From contig JBBRNT010000002.1 in NCBI GenBank assembly GCA_038230095.1, forward strand, positions 101,341 to 165,340: a stretch of 64,000 nt of DNA. The letters run 5' to 3'. Made by a program: the position numbers and the translations under genes. Source of the DNA: Candidatus Saccharimonadia bacterium (GTDB taxonomy: Bacteria > Patescibacteriota > Saccharimonadia > UBA4664 > JBBRNT01). Shown here piece after piece: positions 36,363 through 45,594 of this stretch (position 1 is its first letter; each line of letters opens with the position of its first letter). The notes beneath the pieces were generated by a model that was given only the letters and a program-made list of their open reading frames with translations, did no database searches and was not told where the DNA came from.

Positions 36363-37574
36363 TTAGTACGTAACCAGCTTTCCGTTAGGGACGATGGAGT
36401 ACCAGGTGTTACCGACATTGAGAGCAATTTCTTTGCCAGCGGCGTCGAACAGCTGGGTGCGGGCGGTGCGAGAGGCCTTGACCCAGGTGGCTGTGGTAGC
36501 GCCACCATCTAGGAAGACCAGGGCTTTGCCCGTACCGACAGTACCCATTATTACCGTCTGCTCGCCAATGCGGGTAGTGCCATAGCTGGTGTTCATGTAC
36601 TCGACCACCACATTCTTCACTTTAATCTGTTGCCCACTATTGCGGTCAATATGTGCCTTGCCAGCTAGGGTGCGCAGGTAGCTATTGCTCGAGGCTTCGT
36701 AGGTATAGCCGGACTGGTAGCCGCTATAGGAGTAGTTGAGGCCAATTTGGGTATGCGACGGCGTAGCCTCAGGGCTATCGGCCTTGCGAGGGTTGGGTGT
36801 GAAGGTAGCCGGCGTAGCGTAACCGAGCTGTTGCTCCAGCTTATCTAATAGGTCGGTGGAGGTGTAGAGATTGTGCGGAGCGTAGCGGTCGGTGGTGCGG
36901 TAGAAATTGCCGCCGTGGGCAAACTGGTTCATATCCTTCATACCGGTCGGGCCAACCAGGTCTAGAGCGTCGGCATTGCCGCCGGCATGGGCTACTGGTG
37001 CGCCGTACTCGAGCGCCCAATCAACAAAGTAGGTGCGTAGGCTACGAACCGGCCCGAGGCTGGCTGGCTTCTTCTCGAGGAAGAAGGCTAGAAAGCGAGT
37101 AATGCCGCCCTCCGCCAGCGCCTCGTAGACCACGCCGGCGTCCTGGAGGCCACTTTGAGGACGGGCATCGGTATGGTTTTCAATGACAACAGCGGTGATG
37201 GGCCGGTTGGCCAGTGCTGGGTCCAGCTGCGCGCCAGATAGCGGCGAGGCCTTGGTGGTGGGCACGGGTGCCGCTACCGGGGCTGCGGCGGGTGTGGGCG
37301 CAGGCGTTGGGCTGGGCGTGACCACGGTGACCTTGGCCGGCTTATGCATAGCCTGGTAAGCAAAAATGCCACCGACCGTCAGGAGGATAGCGGAGAGTAC
37401 TACAACACCAGTAATAACCGTGCGCTTCTGAAGTAAGGGCGGTTTGACGGACTTGGGTATGGGGCTGTTTTGGTTTTGGGCTTTGACAGTGGCCACATGC
37501 TCGGCGAGCGTTTTTGGAGCAATTAGACTGTCAAGAGCTAGTTTTGGCTCTTCCATGCGGTTACTATAGCACAT
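36363..37574 (-). CDS. DUF3048 (YerB-like) secreted protein
   Basis: RPITAVVIENHTDARPQSGLQDAGVVYEALAEGGITRFLAFF matches the conserved DUF3048 N-domain. It has an N-terminal signal anchor. Confidence 0.55.
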   Translation of the reverse strand: MCYSNRMEEPKLALDSLIAPKTLAEHVATVKAQNQNSPIPKSVKPPLLQKRTVITGVVVLSAILLTVGGIFAYQAMHKPAKVTVVTPSPTPAPTPAAAPVAAPVPTTKASPLSGAQLDPALANRPITAVVIENHTDARPQSGLQDAGVVYEALAEGGITRFLAFFLEKKPASLGPVRSLRTYFVDWALEYGAPVAHAGGNADALDLVGPTGMKDMNQFAHGGNFYRTTDRYAPHNLYTSTDLLDKLEQQLGYATPATFTPNPRKADSPEATPSHTQIGLNYSYSGYQSGYTYEASSNSYLRTLAGKAHIDRNSGQQIKVKNVVVEYMNTSYGTTRIGEQTVIMGTVGTGKALVFLDGGATTATWVKASRTARTQLFDAAGKEIALNVGNTWYSIVPNGKLVTY

Positions 37575-37663
37575 AACGCTTGTGTTTGTGTCAAATATGT
37601 TGTGGAAAAGCCAAAGGGCGCACCGTAGTGCGCAGCGCCTCCTGGCACCAGGCTTGGATTTGG

Positions 37664-37697
37664 AACTAAAAAACGGCCCGAAGGCCGTTTCTTTTGT
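37664..37697. terminator. Strong bidirectional intrinsic terminator (AACGGCC-CGAA-GGCCGTT flanked by an A-tract and a T-tract)
   Basis: It is a perfect 7-bp GC stem with a tetraloop, followed by TCTTTT on + and TTTTT on -. Confidence 0.65.
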
Positions 37698-37707
37698 GGA
37701 GGCGGAA

Positions 37708-37908
37708 CTAGGCTGTCGCGACGTTCAGGCTATCCCAAGTGTCCTTGGAGACGAACTTGGTGAGTTTGCGACCGTCATAGTTGCCACGGAGGGCGTAACG
37801 AACCTGGACTGCGCCAGCTTTGGTTGTGCTCTCATATGTGACTTTGGAAACATCGGCTTCGCCTAGGCTTACTTTGGCGCGGCTCTTTACGTCATAAAAC
37901 TCGATCAT
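37708..37908 (-). CDS. Small hypothetical protein (66 aa)
   Basis: It is an ORF with a GGGGGA RBS and is followed by the strong terminator. Confidence 0.35.
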   Translation of the reverse strand: MIEFYDVKSRAKVSLGEADVSKVTYESTTKAGAVQVRYALRGNYDGRKLTKFVSKDTWDSLNVATA

Positions 37909-37987
37909 GATCCCCCTTCGGCGCCAAGTATTGCTGCGCCTCCTAATGATATTCTCCTGGTAATAATAGGTTGTGCGTGCCTAGCTG

Positions 37988-39436
37988 TCAATCAGATAGG
38001 ACCTGCTCGGCATTAGCCAGGCGCTTGGCCACCTCTGGCCGCCCAATAACTGCCAGTAGCTCGAACAGGCCCGGGGTGGCGGCTTGGCCGGTAACGGCGT
38101 AGCGGATAGTCATGAAGAGTGGGCCTGGCTTCTCGAGCTCTAGACGCGGCATTATCTCCTCTCGCAGCAGGTACTCGAGCTGCGTGGTATCGTGAAAGTC
38201 GGCCATGTCCTCTACGGCCTCGCGTACCTCGGAAACATAGCGCAGGGCCTCGTCGCGGGGCACCTTAAACCCGTCCCAGCTCACATCTGGCGTGGAAAAG
38301 AAATACTTCGTGGAGTTGGTAAGCTGTGACAGGTATTTGATGCGTTCGTAGTCTAGCGCTAGTACAGCTTGCTTGTAGCCCTGGTCGTAGGCCTTAGCGC
38401 TGTCTGGCCAGAAAGGCTCGCAGGCATCTAGCAGAAGCCCCGGGCGGGACTTGAAGAGATTGCGGATGTAGAGACCATTCATCCAGTCGAGTCGCTCAGG
38501 ATCAAAAATGGCATTACTTTTCTGCACGCGGTCTAGGCTAAACTTCTTTATTATTTCGGCGCGGGTAAATAGCTCTTGTTCAGTGCCATCATTCCAGCCC
38601 ATGCTCGCCATGAAGTTGAAGACCGCATCGGCCAGATAGCCTAGATCACGGTACTCCAGGGCAGACTTAGCGCCGTGGCGCTTGCTCAGCTTGGTTTTGC
38701 CGTCTGGCCCCATGATCCAGGGTAGGTGTGCGAACTGAGGTGGTACCCAGCCAAAAGCCGCGTAGACCAGCAGGTTTTTCGGGGTAGTAGGCAGGAACTC
38801 TTGACCGCGGGTAACTACGTCTATCTCCATGAGGTGGTCGTCTATAACTACGGCAAAGTTGTAGGTAGGAAAGCCATCCGACTTAAGGCACACAAAGTCA
38901 TCCAAGATATGGCGCTCCCAGGACTGTGGCCCCCAAACTAGATCATCCCAGGCCACACTGGGGCCTTCTGGGGTGGCAAAACGTACTACGCCGGCCTCAT
39001 CCCCGACTGGCTGGCTTCTTGCCATGTCGCGTGTAAATCGGAAGGCGGTGCCGGCTTTCTGGGCAGCGGTACGCAGGGCATCCAGCTCCTCTGGGGTAGT
39101 GTAGTCCCAGTAGGCCTTGTCCTCCGCAATCAGCTGGTTGGCATACTGCCGGTAGACGTTGAGACGCTCGCTCTGGACGTAGGGCCCAAACAGGCCGTCA
39201 CGACGGTAGCCCTCATCCCACTCAAGCCCGAGCCAGGTAAGCGAATCAACCAAGAACTGAGCGGCCTCGGGGACGAAGCGCTCACGGTCGGTATCTTCCA
39301 GGCGTAGGATGAAGCTGCCTCCGGACTGCTTGGCGAGCAGGTAAGCTACTAGGGCGCCTCGGAGATTGCCAATGTGAACCAGGCCAGTAGGGCTGGGCGC
39401 AAAGCGGACGCGGAGGGGCTTTGAGGTGTGTGACAT
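37988..39436 (-). CDS. gltX: Glutamate--tRNA ligase
   Basis: It has the HIGH region PSPTGLVHIGNLRGAL and the KMSKS motif KLSKRHG. Confidence 0.9.
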   Translation of the reverse strand: MSHTSKPLRVRFAPSPTGLVHIGNLRGALVAYLLAKQSGGSFILRLEDTDRERFVPEAAQFLVDSLTWLGLEWDEGYRRDGLFGPYVQSERLNVYRQYANQLIAEDKAYWDYTTPEELDALRTAAQKAGTAFRFTRDMARSQPVGDEAGVVRFATPEGPSVAWDDLVWGPQSWERHILDDFVCLKSDGFPTYNFAVVIDDHLMEIDVVTRGQEFLPTTPKNLLVYAAFGWVPPQFAHLPWIMGPDGKTKLSKRHGAKSALEYRDLGYLADAVFNFMASMGWNDGTEQELFTRAEIIKKFSLDRVQKSNAIFDPERLDWMNGLYIRNLFKSRPGLLLDACEPFWPDSAKAYDQGYKQAVLALDYERIKYLSQLTNSTKYFFSTPDVSWDGFKVPRDEALRYVSEVREAVEDMADFHDTTQLEYLLREEIMPRLELEKPGPLFMTIRYAVTGQAATPGLFELLAVIGRPEVAKRLANAEQVLSD

Positions 39437-39463
39437 GGAGCTAGTGTAGTGTGAGTGCCGTGC

Positions 39464-39811
39464 CTAGGCAAGGGCGGCGGCAAGGCCATCGCCGTCCATT
39501 TCCACCCATTCGTCGGATACTTGGTGTAGATAGACGGTCTTACTGGAGGTGGTTTCGGGGTCGTAGATGTTCTCAAACCGGACGGTCGCATTAGCCGACT
39601 TGCCGTGGATGGACTTGCGATCCATGATGGCTGGCTTTGTAATGCGCTCCAGTCGGAATTGCTGGCCGCTCCGCGAGAACTCAATGAAGCGTACAGTTTG
39701 GTTCAGGTCATGACGGTCTTCAAGCGGCTCGGTTTTCGTACCGTGCCGATCGATGCCGAACTTGGCGTCTATGGCATCTACAATCTTGTCCCAGCCTGGA
39801 TCGTTGTTCAT
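39464..39811 (-). CDS. Hypothetical protein (115 aa)
   Basis: It is an ORF in operon context between gltX and the Zn-ribbon protein, with no family I can recognise. Confidence 0.35.
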   Translation of the reverse strand: MNNDPGWDKIVDAIDAKFGIDRHGTKTEPLEDRHDLNQTVRFIEFSRSGQQFRLERITKPAIMDRKSIHGKSANATVRFENIYDPETTSSKTVYLHQVSDEWVEMDGDGLAAALA

Positions 39812-39833
39812 ACTCCCCCACTCCTGCTTAAGG

Positions 39834-41156
39834 CTATAAGCTATAAATAATTTTGAGCAGCTGTTCGCGACTCAGTTTATTGTTTCCGTCAATATTGTAC
39901 CAGATACCGTGGTTGACCCAGCTGGCTTGGCCATTGCCGTACATGTAGACGGTGAGCCCCTGGCCTTCTACAGCCGAGTACTGGCTTGAGGTCTTAGCGA
40001 CATAGTTTTCCAGGAGTGAGCCAGAGTCCCAATTGGTGCGGCGTTGGGTAATTTGTAGATTGTCGTCGTGGTTGGCCCCCGAGAAGTTCAGGGTGATCTC
40101 GCCAGGAGCATAGGCTACTTGCCCAGCGAGACTGTAGCTGGATGGGACGTAACCCGGGATAGTAGCATCTATGCCAGCTTTGGCAGCAGCGGTCTTGATG
40201 GTCATTTTAGGATAGTTATTGATCCAGATGTAGCCACCCATAATTACTAGGGCGGCAAGCCCGGCAGCAACCGTAGCCGGCTTAAACTGTGGCTTTACCT
40301 CGGCTGCCATAGCGAGCTTCATGGCATCGCTGGTACCGAGCGTGCCTGGCGCACCAGACTTGCCAAGCTTGGCGCTACCCATGGCGTCTACTTGCGTGAC
40401 AACGGCATTGGGCAGGGCCATGGGCGCGGCAATCTTGGTAGATGTCTTAGCAGTTTCAGATATGGCAGTTTCTAGCGATGGACCGGGACTAGGGGCCACT
40501 GGTGCTGGAGCTGCTGCCGGAGCCGGTGCAGGGGCGGCCATAGCTACTGACACAGGCATAGGCATTGGGGCAGCAGGGTGGCTCATACTACCAAACTTAC
40601 TGATGGAATCACTCTTGGTAACCAGCTGAGCGTTTTGATCTCGGGTGTCGCTGCCGCGTGTGATTAAAGACGGGCTGGCTGCTGCGGGTGCTAGCGGGCT
40701 TACGGGTAGTGGGGCCACGGCGGCGATGAGCGGATCGGGCATGGCGGCAGCGGGTGTGACAGCCGCGTTACTTAGATCCAATACGGCCGGGCCAGCGGGC
40801 TTGGTTACGGGGGCATGAAAGCCGCCAGCGGGGTTGGGCTGGGTTAGCGGTGCCTGAGTTGGTTCTGGGGTGGGTGCGGGAGCTGGCGCAACTACTGTAG
40901 GCATGGGTGGCATGGGCTCCGGCACAACCGGCATGGGCATGGGCGCTGGTACGGTGGCAGACTGCACTGGAGCTGGAGCTGGAGCTGGAGCTGGAGCTGG
41001 AGCTGGAGCTATGTCACGCATCATAGGGCGCGGGTTTGGGACTACAGCAGCAGTTGTTGGCTGAGCAACGGTATCAAGCGCTTTTCCGCAATGGCTACAG
41101 TATTGCTTAGCACCAATTGTGACGCGTTCAGATTTACCGCAATTTGGGCATTGCAC
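39834..41156 (-). CDS. Zinc-ribbon (CxxC...CxxC) membrane protein with a Pro/Ala-rich linker, one transmembrane segment and an extracellular C-terminal domain (anti-sigma-like architecture)
   Basis: It has an MQCPNCGKSERVTIGAKQYCSHCGK zinc ribbon, (PA)n repeats, a transmembrane segment (AAGLAALVIMGGYIW) and a 150-aa C-terminal domain. Confidence 0.5.
   Translation of the reverse strand: MQCPNCGKSERVTIGAKQYCSHCGKALDTVAQPTTAAVVPNPRPMMRDIAPAPAPAPAPAPAPVQSATVPAPMPMPVVPEPMPPMPTVVAPAPAPTPEPTQAPLTQPNPAGGFHAPVTKPAGPAVLDLSNAAVTPAAAMPDPLIAAVAPLPVSPLAPAAASPSLITRGSDTRDQNAQLVTKSDSISKFGSMSHPAAPMPMPVSVAMAAPAPAPAAAPAPVAPSPGPSLETAISETAKTSTKIAAPMALPNAVVTQVDAMGSAKLGKSGAPGTLGTSDAMKLAMAAEVKPQFKPATVAAGLAALVIMGGYIWINNYPKMTIKTAAAKAGIDATIPGYVPSSYSLAGQVAYAPGEITLNFSGANHDDNLQITQRRTNWDSGSLLENYVAKTSSQYSAVEGQGLTVYMYGNGQASWVNHGIWYNIDGNNKLSREQLLKIIYSL
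40966..41004. repeat. Hexanucleotide microsatellite (CTGGAG/GCTGGA), about 6-7 copies, encoding (PA)n within CDS 39834..41156
   Basis: It is a perfect tandem repeat read directly from the sequence. Confidence 0.8.
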
Positions 41157-41228
41157 GGATAATAATTCCTTATAGTGCTCATGCTACAGCATGAGCACTA
41201 TACCTTGCAATGGTACACGAGTGATTAT

Positions 41229-42092
41229 TTAGAATTTTTTAGCACGGAGGTTCATATCCCGGCCTTGGCCATAGATATGCCAGATGAATCGGGGTATGGC
41301 TAGCTGTCGTTTGATTCGACTGGGCTGGAGGATAAGGCGCCATAGCCACTCGAGTCCGATGATCCCTATTAATCCGGGTGCCTTCGGAGCTCGGCCGCCA
41401 AACTGCTGGTAGTCGAAGGTACCGCCCTCACCAATAAGTACGCCGTGCTCCAGCTGTGGGATGAGGCGCAAGATAAGCTGCTCCTGGCGCGGAAAGCCCA
41501 TGCCGACCAGGATAATGTCCGGCCGTACTTTTTGAAGCTCCGTAGCTAGCTTGGCTTCTAGGCGACGATCGAAATGCCCACTGAAGTAGCCGGCAATGCT
41601 CAGGCCGGGGAGCTTGCGCGTGAGTGTAGCTGCGGTATGGGCAATGTCATTATGCTTGGGGGAGCCAATAAGATAGACCGACAATCCGCGGTCGCGGGCA
41701 GCCTCTAGGAGCGGCCAGGTAAAGGTAATACCGCCAATGTTCTGGGGGAGTTGCTTGCGGAGACGGCGGGGCATGAGGATAATTTGCCCCAGCGTGCCCA
41801 GCAGGCGGCCTAAATGACGACGACCACCGTAGAGGTAGTGGGCCGCCCATATTAGCGAGATGCCGTCAGCAAGGCACCACTCTGCGTCGTTGAATATGGC
41901 GAGCAACTCGGGCTCGCTAATAGCCTTTTCCAGGAACTCGACATACGGCTTAACGACGTAGCTGGGCTGGCTCGATGAGTCGGCGGCCTTAGTAATGATC
42001 TGTGTGACTGCCAGCGGGATAGACAGAGCATCTACCTCCACGCCAAGGATCTGGTAGCTGGTATTAACTATTTTTCGAGAGGTGGTGTTCAT
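41229..42092 (-). CDS. WecB/TagA/CpsF-family glycosyltransferase (GT26)
   Basis: It has DIILVGMGFPRQEQ and other family motifs. Confidence 0.8.
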   Translation of the reverse strand: MNTTSRKIVNTSYQILGVEVDALSIPLAVTQIITKAADSSSQPSYVVKPYVEFLEKAISEPELLAIFNDAEWCLADGISLIWAAHYLYGGRRHLGRLLGTLGQIILMPRRLRKQLPQNIGGITFTWPLLEAARDRGLSVYLIGSPKHNDIAHTAATLTRKLPGLSIAGYFSGHFDRRLEAKLATELQKVRPDIILVGMGFPRQEQLILRLIPQLEHGVLIGEGGTFDYQQFGGRAPKAPGLIGIIGLEWLWRLILQPSRIKRQLAIPRFIWHIYGQGRDMNLRAKKF

Positions 42093-43185
42093 AGGCTTTG
42101 GTTATGTAGCTGGTGAAGTGGGTGGCGAAGTGAGTGGTGTCGTACTGGCTGGCGTACTTGTGCAGAGTGGGGCGATCAAATTCCATTTGTTCAAACTGCT
42201 TCATGGCGGTACTAAGTCCGTCGACAGTTTGACTAGCAAACAGGAGCCCCGTAGTGCCGTCAATGATGGTCTCCCCTGCCCCACCGCGCTCATAGGCTAG
42301 CACCGGCGTGCCCACGGCCATGGCCTCAATGGGCGCAATGCCGTAGTCCTCTTCCTGAGGGAACAGTAGGCCTTGAGCACCAGCTAGGAGCTCCCACTTA
42401 CGCTCTTCCGTGACGCGGCCAGCAAACTCAATGGTGGGTCCAGCCAGCTGCTCCAGCCGAGCGCGGTCGGCGCCCTCGCCGATCACGATCAACCTGCGGC
42501 CGAGGGCATTACAGGCGGCAATGGCCAGATCAACCTTCTTGTACGGTGTAAGCACGCAGAGCGTGACATAGTAGTTGCCGCGATCGGCGTTGGGAAGGAG
42601 CTCGTGGATGGCTGCCGGCGGATAGATGACTGTAGAAGGCTGGCCATAGTACTTGTCGATGCGGGCTGCCACCGTCTGCGAGATGGCAATCCATTGGTCT
42701 ACGCGGGAAGATGAGTAGTAGTCCCAGAGCCGTAGCCTCGAAACTAGGTGGTGAATAGCAGCCCGTCGGATAGGCCCTACGTGTTGCTCATCGACATAGC
42801 GTGGCCAGTAGTCCCAGGCGTAGCGCATGGGTGAGTAGCAATATGACACATGAAGCGTAGCTGGGCCGGTAATTACACTCTTGGCAAAGGCGCTGGAGGA
42901 CGAAATAACCAGGTCGAATTCGCTAAGATCAAAGCTCTCGATAGCCCCAGCCGCCCATGGCAAGAGGTACCGCGAGCGCTTGCGTAGTGCCCGCGGAAAA
43001 CGCTGAAGCGGCGAAGTGCGAATGCGGTCCGGGTCAATAATGCCATCATAGACGGCCGCATCGAAGAGCAGCGTGTAGATGGGCGCCTCAGGGTACAGTC
43101 TGGCTAGCTCCAGTAGAACCTGTTCCGCTCCACCTATCTTGGTATTAAGCCAGTCGTGGATAATAGCAACACGGGGTGCTTTCAT
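42064..43185 (-). CDS. Glycosyltransferase family 4
   Basis: It has GGAEQVLLELA and the EDYGIAPIEAMAVGTPVLA (E-x7-E) motif. Confidence 0.85.
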   Translation of the reverse strand: MKAPRVAIIHDWLNTKIGGAEQVLLELARLYPEAPIYTLLFDAAVYDGIIDPDRIRTSPLQRFPRALRKRSRYLLPWAAGAIESFDLSEFDLVISSSSAFAKSVITGPATLHVSYCYSPMRYAWDYWPRYVDEQHVGPIRRAAIHHLVSRLRLWDYYSSSRVDQWIAISQTVAARIDKYYGQPSTVIYPPAAIHELLPNADRGNYYVTLCVLTPYKKVDLAIAACNALGRRLIVIGEGADRARLEQLAGPTIEFAGRVTEERKWELLAGAQGLLFPQEEDYGIAPIEAMAVGTPVLAYERGGAGETIIDGTTGLLFASQTVDGLSTAMKQFEQMEFDRPTLHKYASQYDTTHFATHFTSYITKAYEHHLSKNS

Positions 43186-44501
43186 GAGGACGTCTCCTTA
43201 CTCACCATATTACCAAGTGCTATGCCTAGTGTGCCACAAAGCATAATCGCTAGGGTACTGTCAGCTAAGCTGTGAAGGAATAAATTACTAATGAGTATTC
43301 CTCCAAGAGCGGCCAATAGGCCCGGCGCTAGTACTGCCTGGCTCTGACTACTGAGCTGCCAGAGCTGGCGAGCGATGAGGCCAAAAAGCAATGTGTATAG
43401 GGCGACGCCCAACCAGCCAAGTTCTATGCCTACCTGAAGGTACCAGTTCTCGGTGATAAGGGGGTGCGCAGTTTGGTATGATGCCGGACCGGCGCTTCCG
43501 AGCCCCAGGCCCAGGGGGCGCGACTTGAGTGTGGCGAGGCCTAGTGCAAGTGAGCTGGTGCGTCCAGAGTCGGAGTCCGTTACCTTGTCCGTAAGCCTAT
43601 CTACTTGGCCATGCAGTAGGACGAGCTCTAGTGGACTCACTTCGCGGTTATGGGTGACGCGGTAAGTAAGACCGGCGGCAAGACCGACGCAGACCAGGAC
43701 TATACCTGGAGCTATGAGCCGCCACTTGTGCGGTAGGCCCAGGAACCCGGTAATACCAGCGGCAAAAATGGCGGCTATCCAAGCACTTCTGGAGTAGGAC
43801 AGGTATAGTGCCGCTAGCAGGAGCGGCAGCAGTGCAAGTAGCCGCCAGTGCTTGCGTCGTAATATAAGTGTACCTACCAGGCACAGTGGTATGAGCAGGT
43901 ACGACCCCAGCTGATTTGGTCCGCCCAGCGTCGAAAATGCTCGAATAGCTGGCAGAGCGGCGTTTACCTTCTGTAGGGCAGGGATGGTGGCGGGCCCGTA
44001 GCCGAGCGCGGTTAGAAGTGAGACCGGGATAAGGTAGACCTGCAGGAGTGATATCAGGCTGACAATAACCGCGCCAATGACAACTAGGCGGACAAAACGG
44101 TACTGTGACTTGGCCCCTGGCCAGGTGGCGGCCGCAGCGCAGAGGAATAACAACCAGGGGAAAATGTCGGTTTTAATCCCAAAGGCCAGCGACGTAAGGC
44201 TTGTGTGATTGAGCAAGCTTACGATGAGCCCTAGGAGCGTAATGGCAGCGATAGTGAGCGGTATCGGCTGGTACAGTGTATGCCAAGTCCGTCCACGGGT
44301 TAGGTGGACCAGCAAGCCAAGTGCCATAGTTACTATTAACAACTCCTTCCAGGCTGCAACCAGCGTGGTAGAACCAAGCCAGGTACCTAGTATGACAACA
44401 ATGGCTGCATGGAACGGCATGAGCAGAACCAGCGCGTAGGTAGCCATCCCTAAGAATTTCGTGATTGTCATGTCGTGGGTGTTAGTGCCCTGAAGGCGCA
44501 T
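43182..44501 (-). CDS. O-antigen ligase / Wzy-like polymerase family membrane protein
   Basis: It is polytopic (ten or more transmembrane segments) with an SYSRSAW-type motif. Confidence 0.65.
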   Translation of the reverse strand: MRLQGTNTHDMTITKFLGMATYALVLLMPFHAAIVVILGTWLGSTTLVAAWKELLIVTMALGLLVHLTRGRTWHTLYQPIPLTIAAITLLGLIVSLLNHTSLTSLAFGIKTDIFPWLLFLCAAAATWPGAKSQYRFVRLVVIGAVIVSLISLLQVYLIPVSLLTALGYGPATIPALQKVNAALPAIRAFSTLGGPNQLGSYLLIPLCLVGTLILRRKHWRLLALLPLLLAALYLSYSRSAWIAAIFAAGITGFLGLPHKWRLIAPGIVLVCVGLAAGLTYRVTHNREVSPLELVLLHGQVDRLTDKVTDSDSGRTSSLALGLATLKSRPLGLGLGSAGPASYQTAHPLITENWYLQVGIELGWLGVALYTLLFGLIARQLWQLSSQSQAVLAPGLLAALGGILISNLFLHSLADSTLAIMLCGTLGIALGNMVSKETSS

Positions 44502-45553
44502 TACTTCACTCCGGCCAAGCTACGTTTATACTCATCCAGATTATCTAGAGCGATGCCAGTTCCTCTGGCAACGCATAGAAGTGGCTCTTCGGCTACTACA
44601 CACGGTACGCCAGTGACGTTGCTGAGAAGCCGGTCGAGGTTCTTTAGAAGTGCGCCACCACCGGTGAGTACCATCCCGCGATCAATAATATCGCTGGACA
44701 GCTCGGGCGGAGTTTGCTCGAGCACCGCCCGGATGGCCAGCAGTATCTTCTCGAGCTCATCCCCCATGGCAGTGGTTATCTCATTGGCATGAATGGTGAT
44801 AGTTTTCGGGAGCCCAGCTATGGTGTCGCGGCCTCGTATCTCCATGGTGCGGTCCTTGGTGAGCATGAGGGCCGAGCCTAGCTCCTTCTTTATCTCTTCC
44901 GCGGTACGGTCGCCAATAGCTAGGCTATAGTTGCGGCGGATAAACTCGGCGATAGCCGCGTCCAGCTTATTGCCACCAACACGAATACTGTTCTGAGCGA
45001 CTATGCCGCCGAGGGACAGTATGGCTATCTCGGTAGTGCCGCCGCCTATGTCCACCACCATATTGCCGGCGGCTGAGGCAATAGGAATACCTGCACCAAT
45101 CGCGGCAGCTACTGGCTCCTTAATAATATAGGCAGCACGCGCGCCGGCTGCCAAGGTGGCGTCGATAACGGCACGGCGCTCGGTAGATGTGGCGCCAGCG
45201 GGGACGCAGACCATAACGTCTGGGCGAGTGATGCGCCACCCGCTAGATACCTTATTAATGTAGTGGCGGATCATAGCCTGGGTAATGCGGTAGTCGGCAA
45301 TAACACCATCGCGCATGGGACGGCTGGCCACGATAGTGTCTGGTGTCCGGCCGAGCATTTCTTTTGCCTCGGCGCCGACAGCAATAATCCGATTTGAAGC
45401 GGTGTCTATTGCCACCACACTGGGTTCATTTACGACAATCCCGCGCTTGGGTAAGTACACCAGCACATTGGCAGTTCCCAGATCTATCGCAATTCGTCTT
45501 TTAAACATATATGCCCCTAGTATACCCCAGGAGCCAGGTGGTGTGCTACTCAC
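44501..45553 (-). CDS. mreB: Rod shape-determining actin homologue MreB
   Basis: It has IAIDLGTANVLVY and RPMRDGVIADY in an actin fold. Confidence 0.9.
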   Translation of the reverse strand: MSSTPPGSWGILGAYMFKRRIAIDLGTANVLVYLPKRGIVVNEPSVVAIDTASNRIIAVGAEAKEMLGRTPDTIVASRPMRDGVIADYRITQAMIRHYINKVSSGWRITRPDVMVCVPAGATSTERRAVIDATLAAGARAAYIIKEPVAAAIGAGIPIASAAGNMVVDIGGGTTEIAILSLGGIVAQNSIRVGGNKLDAAIAEFIRRNYSLAIGDRTAEEIKKELGSALMLTKDRTMEIRGRDTIAGLPKTITIHANEITTAMGDELEKILLAIRAVLEQTPPELSSDIIDRGMVLTGGGALLKNLDRLLSNVTGVPCVVAEEPLLCVARGTGIALDNLDEYKRSLAGVK

Positions 45554-45594
45554 ATAGCACTACCCGAATTGCCGCTTTGGCGGTATAGTGTGGT

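Noticed and set aside
40966-41004. CRISPR array
   Set aside because: This is a 6-bp in-frame coding microsatellite with no spacers. No CRISPR-like repeat-spacer structure occurs anywhere in the window.
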